Under the pieces are notes generated by a model that saw nothing but the letters and a program-made list of their open reading frames with translations, had not been told where the DNA came from and made no database searches. Below, one piece after another: positions 38,394 through 52,299 of a stretch of 64,000 bases of DNA. Position numbers and translations under genes: made by a program. Numbering within the stretch: position 1 is the first letter of the stretch; each line of letters opens with the position of its first letter. Source of the stretch: Dendrobates tinctorius (lineage: Eukaryota); NCBI RefSeq assembly GCF_039654945.1, contig NW_027361728.1, forward strand, positions 64,294,001-64,358,000. The letters are read 5' to 3'.

Positions 38394-39353
38394 TGTTAGG
38401 GCTGGCGGAACGCACCAGATTATAAAATAGTAGAGAGTGCGTTCGCAGCCCGGGGTCCACCGTGCAGAGGTGGTCCACTGCTGCTAGGTAATGGCGGAAG
38501 AGAAGAGCGGCGTGAAAACAGTCACACGTGGGTTACGTCACCCAGTGTGAACAGGAGCGGATTCTGTTACTTCACAGAACCGCACAGCCGCTTGAAAGTA
38601 AATGCCGGAGCCTGTTTAGCTCACAGAGCCCGGCCATAGAGCGCACAGTAAACAGCCACAGAACTCCACCCCAAGGGACAGGGTTAGAGTCCTTCTAGGC
38701 CACTGAGCGTGCGGCGTCGCTGCCACGAACGCCGCTATAGACGCTGGCTAAGGAGTGCGGAGCACTTGCTCTGAGGCGTGCCAAGTCACTGATAGTGACT
38801 AATATCTGACTCAACTCTGTCCTACCTACGCCTAAGCCTGGGCGCTAGCAGGCTAGGCTGCACAACACATGCATACCAAGGGTAGGGGTTTCATAATGAG
38901 TCATTCACCAGAGACATTCATACGTGCATCCATCACTCACTCCTTATAGTCTGAAAATACTGGCTATCCTAGCGCATGGCCGAGCGGCCATGCGAACCTT
39001 TTATAGCCGCGAGCATCCGGGACCTTCCTGGATTCTCGGATGGGCCAATCCAAACGCGAGCAGGACCTGAGCACGTGACCTTCGATCTCCAATGGGAGAT
39101 CACACCACGGGCACGCTCAGTGGCCCAACATGAGGACTTAGTCCCTGGGGAATCTCGCTGCTGAGCAGCATGCATTGCCATAGCTGTGCCAGAGGTGGCA
39201 GCAGCAAGTAAACCCACGGAGCTGGTCTGGGCAGAGCGCTGGGACTGATGAGTTTGCTGAGCAAGCTCCTCTGCGGCTGGAGAGGAATGGGAGACCGCCG
39301 GAAGTAAGGCTTGGGATTCTCGCTGTGCAGCGACAGAAATCCGACGCCTAACG
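38394..39353. mobile_element. Solo LTR
   Basis: TGTTAGG...CCTAACG; TSD TATAG. Confidence 0.88.
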
Positions 39354-39608
39354 TATAGTGCACAGGTTTTGCTCTATAATGCACACTGCACAGGTCTCGC
39401 TATATAGTGCACACTGCACAGGTCTTTCTCTATATGGTTCTATAGTGCACAGGTCTCTCTATATGGCTCTATAGTCCACACTGCACAGGTCTTCCTCTAC
39501 AGTGCACACTGCACAGGTCTCTCTCTATATGGCTCTACAGTGAAGTGCACAGGTCTCTCTCCATATGGCTCTGTAGTGCACACTGCACAGGTCTCGCTCT
39601 ATAGTGCA

Positions 39609-40866
39609 TGGGTTGCCCTCCCAGGGCTGGTGGGGTACTCGGTACTGGGCCTGTGGATCACTAAGAGGGGGGTTTTGTCACAGCAGCTGTGACCTGGTCT
39701 GTGGCCCTGGGCACCCATTGCAGACAGTAGAAATGTGCATTGCACATGTGGGCAATGGTTGAAATTTGGTATAGGAATGATTCGTGATGCCACCTGTGGT
39801 GTTCAGCAATGAAGATGTTAAGCCGACACAGCAGACAGATGGTGTGGTGCAGCAATGATGTTGTGGCCCTCCACAGGTAGGGCAGTGTAGGTAAGAAGAC
39901 GTAGATGGTGCAGTGTTAGGCACAGAGATGTAGCAGTGTGGAGTGTGTTGGCGCAGGAATAAGCAGAGGACACCAGGGCATGTAGTTTCAAAGCTTTACT
40001 CACAGTCTGTGATGGTACAAGTGCCTGCATCTGTGCTGTGTCCTCCGGGTCAGGAGCCCAGCCAACCTCCAGGCAAGATGAAGTGCTCCCTTCCAACACT
40101 CCGCCAACATGTGCCTTTTCTGAACGTCTCCCTTTTTGCGCCTATAGTGAAGTACTCTCAGTACTGAGTTACACTGGAGTTCCTCCTGTCTGATGTTCCT
40201 ATGAACTCTACTTGTATGGCAGACAGCTGTAGCCTGCTTCGGGGACTCCTTGCTACTAAGTCCCAGCTCACTCACATTGCTGTTGTGCTCCCAAGTCTTG
40301 TGTGGGAATAAAGTGGTGACAACTTCTATTCCTCCGGTGTCTGCTGCAGGACCATTAGTATCCATACAACTTCGGGGACCGGACCCCGGCCTTGCACTGT
40401 GAACTTGGGAAGGGTTCTGCTCTTACCCTAATCCTCAGTCCTCCTTTTCTCCTTACGTTCCGTTCAAAACTATCTTTCTTATAAAGAGTCAGGCTTTCCT
40501 TCAATGTCTCTTTCCTGTGCCAGCAGACCCAGGTCACTGAGGTCCGCTGCAGAACTTCCTTCGTCTATCCCACTTCGGGGATCTTCTCTCTCCTTCTGAC
40601 CCTGTCAGACTCACTCCTCTGTCAGACTGACTAAATCCTAAACTCTTCCCAATCTTTTGGTGCAGACTAAGCTCCACCAACCTCCCAGCACTCTTCGTGT
40701 TCCAAGCAGGGAGCCACCAAAGGGTGCTTTGCTACACTACTATGTTGTGTGGGATGCAGGTGTTGGAGTGTGGTTAAGTGTCTCCACCTTACCTGGATGG
40801 TGAAGTACCACACCTCAGGAGGAGGTGCAGTACCTCTGTGGCGACTGAACCCTCAGGGGCGCCACA
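39609..40866 (-). mobile_element. Solo LTR related to 52300-53591
   Basis: TG...CA; TSD TGCA; reverse-complement similarity. Confidence 0.88.
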
Positions 40867-41792
40867 TGCACACTGCACAGGTCTCTCTATATAGCTCTAT
40901 AGTGCACAGTGAAGTGCACAGGTCTCTAGAGTGCACAGTGAAATGCACAGGTCTATCTCTATATGGCTCTGTAGTACACAGTGAAGTGCACAGGTCTCTC
41001 TCTATATAGCTTTAAAGTGCACAGTGAAGTGCACAGGTCTCTCATGATATGGCTCTATAGTGCACAGGTCTCTCATGATATACCTCTATAGTGCACAGTG
41101 AAGTGCACAGGTCTCTCATGATATGGCTCTATAGTGCACAGTAAAGTGCACAGGTCTCTCTCTCATGATACAGTTCTATAGTGCACAGTGGAGTGCACAG
41201 GTCTGTCTCTATATGGCTTTATACGAGGTGTGTACGAGGTGTAAGGAGCAGAGCCGTGTATGTACGGAGTGGAGCCATGTATGTACGGAGCGGAGCCGTG
41301 TGTGTACGGAGCGGAGCCGCGGGTGTACGAGGTGAGCGGAGCCGTGGGTGTACGAGGTGTACGGAGCGGAGATGTGCGTGTATTTTGGCATGGGGGGCCC
41401 ATTTGAAAGTTTGCACCGGGGCCCATAACTTTGTAGTTACGCCACTGGACAGCATGTGACTTAAATATGAGTGTCTTCTTATGACCATGTGATATTTCAG
41501 TTTTTCTTTTTTAATACATTTGCAAAAATTTCTACATTTCTGATTTTTCCAGTCAAGATGGGCTGCAGATTGTACATTTCTGAGAAAAAAAATTAACTTT
41601 TTTGAATTTACCAAATGGCTGCAATGAAACAATGAGCGAAAAGTTTAAAGGGGTCTGAATACTTTCCGGACCCACTGTATATCAATAAAATGTTTTCAAC
41701 AATTCAGGAAAGACAAGAGGTTTCAGGATTGTAACCACACCCACATCTGACGGGATTGTAGATAAAACTCCCCATATGCCACATCACTTCAT

Positions 41793-41833
41793 ACACCTGA
41801 GGAAGGCTCATTCAGAGCAGAAACGCGTTGTGT
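41793..41833 (+). ncRNA. Minimal type I hammerhead ribozyme (Penelope pLTR type)
   Basis: acac-CTGAGGA-ag-gctc attca gagc-a-GAAA-cgcg-TT-gtgt. Confidence 0.8.
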
Positions 41834-42661
41834 TTTTTTAAACTTATTTTAAATTTTTTTTATGCTGTTAGTGCATGAGCACTTAAAAAATATTTTTAGA
41901 ATGAATTTAATTGTAAACACTCAAGTGTAATATTGTTACTCTGGAACCACCTGGAGGTTGCTCCTGAATCAAAGTCTATTTGGGATTCCAACTACTAGAG
42001 GGAAGCGCCTCCGAAAAGCTTTTTCCACTATAAATATAAATCAGTCACTGTCATTCACCCCCAAGACATGTTAAGTTTATTTTCACATGTTGCATTTTTT
42101 ACATATGGATTAGTTGCAGAAAATATGCAGTAAAAGCACATATCATAAACGTGAATTTTACGCAGTGTTCTTCCAGTCAACACATCAGGATTTGCAGAAG
42201 GATTTTCTGCTGCAAATCCTAGACCTTATGTCGCTGTCCTATCTACTCCCCCACAATTAATAAGATCCTGTATACTGCCCCCCATTGATTGTAAGTCCCC
42301 GATAGCATCAAATTAAATTGGCGGTGGGAGAAGATGTAATCAGGGTCTTGTAATGAATTGGTGGGTGTTGGAGGATGCAGTACTTGGCATCCTCCCTCAC
42401 CTCCTAATTCATTATACAGTAAATCCCTGACAGCATCTTCTCCCACCCCTTAATTAATTATAAATCCCCATATAATGGCTTCCACCCACCTATTCATTAT
42501 AAGTCTGCAATAGCATCCTCTCCCACCCTTCACTGTTCACTATAAGCCTCGTCACCAGTCCCCACTGTTTGCTATAACCTCTGTCATCTCAATCCCACTA
42601 TTTGCTATAAGCCTCTGTTATCTCCTCCTCACTGTTCACTATACACCTCTTGTCACCATCA

Positions 42662-43475
42662 TGTAAGAAGATGAGCCGAGACAGAGTCAGCAGATTCCAG
42701 TGCCCTTTGAGGCCGGAACTATCAGGACTGTCACCACTGTTGCCGGGGGAGGGTTCTTCTGGGAGGGAAGAACCTTCACACTGGGCGGCAGGGGGCACGG
42801 GGAATATAAAAAGGACTGAGCGTGGGAACGGGTCAGACTTGGCGGGAAAGTGACAGGAGAAGGTTGACTCCCTCTCCCCTGCTCCGACTGCCAATTCCAC
42901 GCCATCCATTCCCCAGCATACTTACTCTAAGATTGACTGTTATACAACTGAGTTATCTTCTGACCCTGCCTTCTTGGACAGCTCTTTCATGCCTGCAGAT
43001 ACAGATAAGCTGACTTGCTCCATTCTTAGAGACTAGTCCTGAGGACCGCCCGCTACCACGGTCTGTGAACATGCCCATGGTTCTTGTTTGGCACCATCCC
43101 TGAGGAATCCACACAAAGGACTGTTTCCACGTTCCAGTGCACGAAAGCCAAGCAAAACTGTATACATCAGCACCGTTGGGAGACAGTGCTTCTCGTTCTT
43201 CCGTAACAAAGCCAGAGACTTTGTCCACGATTTGCGACGCCGTCGGGAGATTTTACAGCCTCTCCCCTGCAAGAACTGCAAGCGATAAGTTACCTTGTGC
43301 TTTTGTATATCTTTCTATCGAGCATTGTGTTTGTGTGCAATTCACGTCATTGCCGTTACTAGTCTTGCCTCCCTGCGTGGAGTTTTCCTTGTTTAATTAC
43401 CTGTTCAGTAAATCCTGTTAACCCCTTCTCCGCCTCCAGCTCTTCACTGCATCCAGCACATCTTTCTTCTGTACA
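42662..43475 (+). mobile_element. Solo LTR
   Basis: TGTAAGAAGA...TCTTCTGTACA; TSD ATCA; TATA at ~42804; AGTAAA at ~43408. Confidence 0.85.
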
Positions 43476-43724
43476 ATCACTCCCCACACTGTTCACTCTA
43501 AGCCTCTTATTGCCATCCCCACACTACTCGCTACAAGCCTCTTGTTACCATCCAAACCACTGTTCACTGTAAGCCTTTTGTCACCATTCTCCTCCACTGA
43601 TCACTAGACAATGGCATGCAAAAGCTTGGACTCCCCTGGTCAAAATTACTGTTGTTTTGATCAAGTAAGCAAGTTGAAGGTAAAATTACCTCTAAAAGGC
43701 TTAAAGTATATACATATATATATA

Positions 43725-45331
43725 CAGTGGGGAAAAAAAGTATTTAGTCAGTCAGCAATAGTGCAAGTTCCACCACTTAAAAAGATGAGAGGCGTCTGTA
43801 ATTTACATCATAGGTAGACCTCAACTATGGGAGACAAACTGAGAAAAAAAAATCCAGAAAATCACATTGTCTGTTTTTTTTTCATTTTATTTGCATATTA
43901 TGGTGGAAAATAAGTATTTGGTCAGAAACAAGCAATCAAGATTTCTGGCTCTCACAGACCTGTAACTTCTTCTTTAAGAGTCTCCTCTTTCCTCCACTCA
44001 TTACCTGTAGTAATGGCACCTGTTTAAACTTGTTATCAGTATAAAAAGACACCTGTGCACACCCTCAAACAGTCTGACTCCAAACTCCACTATGGTGAAG
44101 ACCAAAGAGCTGTCAAAGGACACCAGAAACAAAATTGTAGCCCTGCACCAGGCTGGGAAGACTGAATCTGCAATAGCCAACCAGCTTGGAGTGAAGAAAT
44201 CAACTGTGGGAGCAATAATTAGAAAATGGAAGACATACAAGACCACTGATAATCTCCCTCGATCTGGTGCTCCACGCAAAATCCCACCCCGTGGGGTCAG
44301 AATGATCACAAGAACGGTGAGCAAAAATCCCAGAACCACGCGGGGGGACCTAGTGAATGAACTGCAGAGAGCTGGGACCAATGTAACAAGGCCTACCATA
44401 AGTAACACACTACGCCACCATGGACTCAGATCCTGCAGTGCCAGACGTGTCCCACTGCTTAAGCCTGTACATGTCCGGACCCATCTGAAAGTTTGCTAGA
44501 GAGCATTTGGATGATCCAGAGGAGTTTTGGGAGAATGTCCTATGGTCTGATGAAACCAAACTGGAACTGTTTGGTAGAAACACAACTTGTCGTGTTTGGA
44601 GGAAAAAGAATACTGAGTTGCATCCATCAAACACCATACCTAATGTAAAGCATGGTGGTGGAAACATCATGCTTTGGGGCTGTTTCTCTGCAAAGGGGCC
44701 AGGACGACTGATCCGGGTACATGAAAGAATGAATGGGGCCATGTATCGTGAGATTTTGAGTGCAAACCTCCTTCCATCAGCAAGGGCATTGAAGATGAAA
44801 CGTGGCTGGGTCTTTCAACATGACAATGACCCAAAGCACACCGCCAGGGCAACGAAGGAGTGGCTTCGTAAGAAGCATTTCAAGGTCCTGGAGTGGCCTA
44901 GCCAGTCTCCAGATCTCAACACTATAGAAAACCTTTGGAGGGAGTTGAAAGTCCGTGTTGCCAAGCGAAAAGCCAAAAACATCACTGCTCTAGAGGAGAT
45001 CTGCATGGAGGAATGGGCCAACATACCAACAACAGTGTGTGGCAACCTTGTGAAGACTTACAGAAAACGTTTGACCTCTGTCATTGCCAACAAAGGAAAT
45101 ATCACAAAGTATTGAGATGAAATTTTGTTTCTGACCAAATACTTATTTTCCACCATAATCTGCAAATAAAATGAAAAAAAAACAGACAATGTGATTTTCT
45201 GGATTTTTTTTTCTCAGTTTGTCTCCCATAGTTGAGGTCTACCTATGATGTAAATTACAGACGCCTCTCATCTTTTTAAGTGGTGGAACTTGCACTATTG
45301 CTGACTGACTAAATACTTTTTTTCCCCACTG
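43725..45331 (+). mobile_element. Full-length Tc1 transposon, ~200-bp TIRs; transposase 44092-45115 with one frameshift near 44480
   Basis: [15 protein letters not shown] and [11 protein letters not shown] (DD34E type); TA flanks. Confidence 0.97.
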
Positions 45332-45379
<48 letters not shown>

Positions 45380-45380
<1 letters not shown>

Positions 45381-45588
45381 GTGCTGGGCAAATTAATTGG
45401 GACAAAACATTTTTTTAAGTAAAATCATAAGTTGGTTACCAGTCAGTGATTCAAACCAGTTTTAACTGCCTTGAACAGGCACCCACACCTGTTCAAAGCA
45501 GTTAAGACTGGTCTGAATCACTGACTGGTAGCCAGCTTACGATTTTACTTAAAAAAATGCTTTGTCCCAATTAATTTGCACAGCATTG
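45380..45588. mobile_element. Palindromic Tc1/mariner-type MITE within (TA)n
   Basis: ~100-bp inverted arms around a short loop at ~45480. Confidence 0.8.
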
Positions 45589-45624
<36 letters not shown>

Positions 45625-45676
45625 TAGCTGAAGAGCCCGGCGCTGCCCGGGCATAGTAACTAACTGTGGTAAGTTA

Positions 45677-47310
<1,634 letters not shown>

Positions 47311-47329
47311 TATAACAAATTATAACTAT

Positions 47330-47745
47330 CCTACATCCCATAGTCCCGTGCCCATATACCCATCATACATATCCACCATCCCATAGGCCCGTACCCATAT
47401 ACCCATCATACATATCCTCCATCCCATAGTCGAGTGCCCATATACCCATCACACATCCTCCATCCCATAGTCCCATGCCCATATACCCATCATACATATT
47501 CTCCATCCCATAGTCCCATGCCCATATACCCATCATACATATTCGCCATCCCATAGTCGAGTGCCCATATACCCATCACACATCCTTCATCTCATAGTCC
47601 CATGCCCATATACCCATCATACATATCCGCCATCCCATAGTCCTGTGCCCACATACCCGTCATACATATCCTCCATCCCATAGTCCAGTGCCCATATACC
47701 CATCACACATCCTCCATCCCATAGTCCCGTGCCCAAATACCCATT
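47330..47745. repeat. ~42-45-bp minisatellite (ccatcccatagtcccatgcccatatacccatcatacatat)
   Basis: Direct inspection. Confidence 0.85.
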
Positions 47746-48128
47746 ATGACATCATCATCACCATGGCAACCGTCATGACATAACCGTCACCATTGCAACC
47801 TATTAAGACATCATCGTCACCATGGCAACCATTGTGACAGCATCTCGCCATTGCAACCTTTTATGACATTAGCGTCACCATGACAACCATTACGACATCA
47901 TAATGAGGGGCGGGCCTTGCAACCTAATGACATCAGCGTCGCCATGGCAACCATTATGACATCATAATGAGGGGCAGGGCTTGATACACACACACTTTTT
48001 CCCCATTGTAGATACGGGCAAAATTATTTGGTGAATTGGAACACGCAGGGTTAAAATTTCACCTCACAACATAGCCTATGACGCTCTCGGGGTCCAGTCG
48101 TGTGACTGTGCCAAATTTTGTGGCTGTA

Positions 48129-49260
48129 TGTTAGCGTGGGTGGTCTGGAGCAGGAAACCCTGGGAGTGGACCCTCTGGACCGTGGCACCGAGGGGCCCCG
48201 GGCGAGCTGCCAGGTGGAACCGACCCCTATACAGGGACCGTTAGGAGCAGGCCCAGGGGTTCGAGTACCACGGTAGCCGGTACCGAGAGGGGCGGCTCAG
48301 GATGGACCGGAGTAAGACTGTGAGACTGGAGTAAAGAATGACAGAACAAGACAGGAACCAGGAGGCCGGAAAGATGTGAGACAGAAGACTGGAACAAGAA
48401 GGAATGACAGGAGTAGGAACACTGGAGACAGGACTGGAGTAGGACGGCAGGAACACTGGAGACAGGACTGGAGTAGGACGGCAGGAACGCTGAAGGCAGG
48501 ACTGGAGTAGGACGGCAGGAACACTGGAGACAGGACTGGAGTAGGACGGCAGGAACGCTGAAGGCAGGACTGGAGTAGGACGGCAGGAACACTGGAGAAA
48601 GGACTGGAGTAGGAAGGCAGGAACACTGGAGACAGGACTGGAGCAGGACGACAGGAACACTGGAGATAGGACTGGAGCAGGATGACAGGAACACAGGAGA
48701 CAGGACTGAGGAAGAGAACCAGGACCACGGGTAGCAGGACTGAGAGGCTGCTGCAGAGAGCAGCCGAGAACGGAACTGCAGGAGCAGAGAGCACACGATG
48801 AAGCGAGGCCAGAGTGCTAGGAAACACAATGATCAGGCACCTCCCTCAGGGCGAAGCGGCCTGATATGTCCCCGTCTGATCAGCCATTGTTCAAATGGTG
48901 CTTCCGGGTCAGGACACAGCCGGAGCATAAGAAGCAGGAAGGAGGCGCGGCCGCTGCCTATGGCGCATGCGCATAGCATGCAGGGAGGGCATCGGTCGTG
49001 AGCCCGTCTCAGGTGACCGCCGCGGCCGTCGGGTGGAGAGGGGCTGCTGCGTGGGAACGGAGGCCGACTGCAGCGTGGGAGCGGAGGCCAGGTGAGTATG
49101 GTGGAGTGGTGTAACAGTACCCCCCCTAAGCCGCCCTCCCCAGAGGTTAGAAAGAAACCTCTTGAGGATACGGGGAGCATTGATATTCTCCCAAGGCTCC
49201 CAGGATCTCTCCTCAGAACCAAAGCCCTTCCAATCAACAAGAAAGAAAATCCCACCTTGG
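48129..49260 (-). mobile_element. 3' end of a chromoviral Gypsy: chromodomain stub, PPT and LTR (48129-49116) with an internal 35-bp repeat
   Basis: FLVDWKGFGSEERSWEP on minus; ggggggtac-TGTTACA; TG...CA. Confidence 0.85.
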
Positions 49261-49261
49261 G

Positions 49262-50165
49262 ACTCCTACGGTAAGTCATGAGAGGATGCCTCGACAGAAA
49301 TCTATTTAGACTTGGTTCAGTCTGTAAGATGTCCCAATGTCTGTCGAGGCATTCCCTCATTGTATCCCACTCTCCATTGAAGGTGGAAATGAATCTCACC
49401 ACATCCCGTGAATCCTTTCTCTTTGGTGGAGGATGCAGAAGAGCCGAACGTTTTGATTTCCTGGCACGATTGTAGCCCCTTTTAATACTAAGATGGCTGT
49501 AGCCCCTCATAAGGAATCGCTCCCTTAAGTCATCTGCCTGATGTTGGAATCTCTGATCAGAAGAACATATGCGGCGCATACGCAAAAATTGTCCAATTGG
49601 GATGGTCCGTATTGTTGCATATGGGTGGCAGGAGTCAGCATGGAGGAGAGAATTTACGGAGGTGGGTTTTCTATAGACATCTGTTTGTAAATGTAGTTGT
49701 TGGTCAACTAAAATTTTGATGTCCAAGAAATCCACCTCCGTTTGACTATAACTATATGTCAATCTGATGTTGAATCTATTAGAGTTGAGCTCCTCCATAT
49801 AAAGTTGGAGTTGACATTGCAACCCCTGCCAAATGATGAAAACATCTTCTATATATCGCAGCCAGCACTGCACATGGTTTACGGCCCGCGCCTCCTCCCC
49901 CCAAATACCTCCTTCTCCCAAAACCCCAAAAAGAGGCCAGCAAAAGAGGGCGCGCAGGCCGCGCCCATGGCAGTGCCGCATCGCTGTAGATAAAAAAAAG
50001 TTCTTAAAGATGAAAAAATTATGACTTAAGATATACTCCAATAACTCCAAAACCAATTCACAAATGGGGCCATCCCAATTGCTGCCCCTCAAGAAATACC
50101 TACAGGCTTCAATACCATCATTGTGGCGAATGCAGGTATACAGAGATTCTATATCGGCTGTGCTA
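49262..50165 (-). pseudogene. Penelope-like RT fragment
   Basis: ADIESLYTCI, WLRYIEDVF, VDFLDI, YRKPT, IPIGQFLRMRRICS. Confidence 0.92.
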
Positions 50166-50710
50166 ACAACATGTCGTGGGAGACGATACTTTTGTCTCCC
50201 ACGATTGGACATTTAATCACATGTGACTGATTGCTCCGGGTATTTAACTGGGCACTTGTCATCACTTAAGCCACGCCCCCCCAGGAAGCAGTTTATCCGC
50301 GAAACGTGCGTTGGGGTTCTCCTGGTCAGCGGTGCTGGTGGTGGCTCTAATGATGCGTATGTTTTAACTCCTTATGACTTTATTGGGCTAAGTGCAATAG
50401 ACAATTTATATTGTTCCCCTCACCCCACCTTATTATTGATGAGGATTGTATCCCCAGTTCATGGTCATTTAATGGGGATTTTGGAGGGGTTTTTTAAGTC
50501 CCGTCATATCAATTTTGTTCGCCCATTATGAGGGAATTTGTCCCTTTTACCCTCACTTACCACCAACTCCACTGTTCAGGGTTAATTTGTATCCGGTGAT
50601 AATGACAATGTTTTCTCATTTGACTCATTAATGCCTTTGTCTGTCTTGCTCCTTTATTGTCTTTTATAATAAAAGTTGCTAATTGATTGTAGCTTTGGAC
50701 TCAGCGCCTC
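50166..50710 (+). mobile_element. Inverted Penelope pLTR-like segment with a degenerate hammerhead at ~50276-50316
   Basis: tatttaa box, then cccc-ccagga-agc...gc-GAAA-cgtgcg-TT-gggg; AATAAA at ~50669. Confidence 0.6.
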
Positions 50711-52299
50711 CTTTTTTTTTTCTCAGTTTTTTTTTAGTCGTTCCTACATTTTCATTCACATTTGGGGCTTTTTTGTGCACTTGCACAGCATGAATAGCAA
50801 AAATGCGCTTTGAGGGTCTTTTTCTTTGTTTTGTTCTACATAGGAAATCTGATGGCAAGGAGATCTGGGTCTGAAAACAGATGCAGTATAAAGCATGGTG
50901 GCCGGAAGTGAAGGGTCGTCCTTTAACGAGCTCTGTTGTGCTAGCTGCATGGAAAAGGATTAGCAAAGGAACTGTTCTGCATTCCTGTGGGCCAGAGGCC
51001 CAGTGTTGACGAGGATCCCAGTTATTGGTCTAGGATGGCGGAAGAGTCTGTGTTTTCCCCCTGTTTTGCACACATTTGTCCTTTCCCTTGCTGGATTGCT
51101 GTACTGTTAAAGGATCCTAAAGCCTTTTTTTCCCCATGGATTGTGCACATTTACCTCATGGACGCGGTCCCATCTCTCCATGGACACTGCCCCATGTTTT
51201 ACATCAAATTTTTCCAAAGAAACTGTGAGCCTAATACGGGGTCAGTACTGTGCAACTTAAAGGCACTGTACTTCACAAAAGGGGAGGAAACGGATGACCT
51301 GATGATCGAGCCGAGTCAGGACTGTAAGGATTGCATGAACTGTGCTCCTGCACTGCTGGAGCTATTGTTACATTGACCAATGGGCCTTTAGTTACAAGAC
51401 CTTGGAGACTCTGTGTTGGGGTCCCCAAGGTAGTGGGAGTGTGGTCATGCAGACATGTGTGTAAAAAAAATGTACGACCTGATATGCCTGCCGGGTTGTA
51501 GTGGAAACGACTATGCCCACAGACTGTTTAGTAGATAACTACTGCCCATGCCCGAGAATCCCAGCCTGCGCGGAAATCTCAGGCCTGCGCGATATCAAAG
51601 GCCGTGATGTTATCTAACAAGACGGTCACATCGGGCAGCACTAACTGCGCATGCCCCCTCAACTAGAGTACAGCGCAGGAGCCAGAATTTCGAAAGGAAA
51701 CTGAGGAGGCGGCGCCAGATCCGAAATGAATGATGGATGCGAGGCGTCTGTCAGAGGGGGAAAGCCCGGACCCCCTGACAAATATCAGGTATTTTGGAAC
51801 AACTTTATAAATGATTATTTCTGTGGTGGAACAGAGGCTAAGTAAAAGAGCCACCTTGACAGAATGCAGCATTAATGCTGCACAAGGTGGCTCTTTTACT
51901 TAAAAACGCCTGAAGGGGGTGACAGGCTCCTTATAAATGCCCAATCACTATATAGTGAATGGCAACTATCAGCACTTTAATTGACAGCTGTCTCTGCACA
52001 GATCTGCTGCACAGTGAGCCGTCAATTAGAGTGTCCGAGGCGTGCTTACAGTTGCTGCTCATAGTATTGTGAGCAATGAATGTAGCCGCTCAAGCGTGAT
52101 CCCATGGCTGCTTCCGGAAGGAAATAAGATGATTAGCTCTAGGTAGCTGCACCTTTAGTAAGGTAGCCAGGCAGCACTGCATAGGGTTATAACTGCAGGT
52201 TAACCATATCTGCAGGTAAATGGCGTTTTTGAGGTGAGGTGTTCCCTTTAGATATTTTATATGTTAGGGGGTCAAGTGAGACCTTTATCACTATGATAT

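Larger units (their letters stand above)
37818..41447. mobile_element. hAT MITE carrying internal ~40-bp and ~30-bp tandem arrays and two solo LTRs
   Basis: caaaggcgtaatta...tagttacgccactg; perfect 8-bp TSD GACAGCAT. Confidence 0.85.
34460..41677. mobile_element. Tc1 remnant split by an LTR element and a hAT MITE
   Basis: Pieces ~34460-34546, 37695-37817 and 41448-41677 rejoin across TSDs and end in gggtctgaatactttccggacccactg-TA. Confidence 0.7.

Noticed and set aside
48833-50212. 459-aa ORF as a novel fusion gene
   Set aside because: Chance read-through of Penelope RT into out-of-frame Gypsy and LTR sequence; the RT core itself is frameshifted.
50940-51530. 129-aa ORF, possibly an old L1 ORF2 C-terminal fragment
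   Set aside because: No diagnostic motif is strong enough to call.
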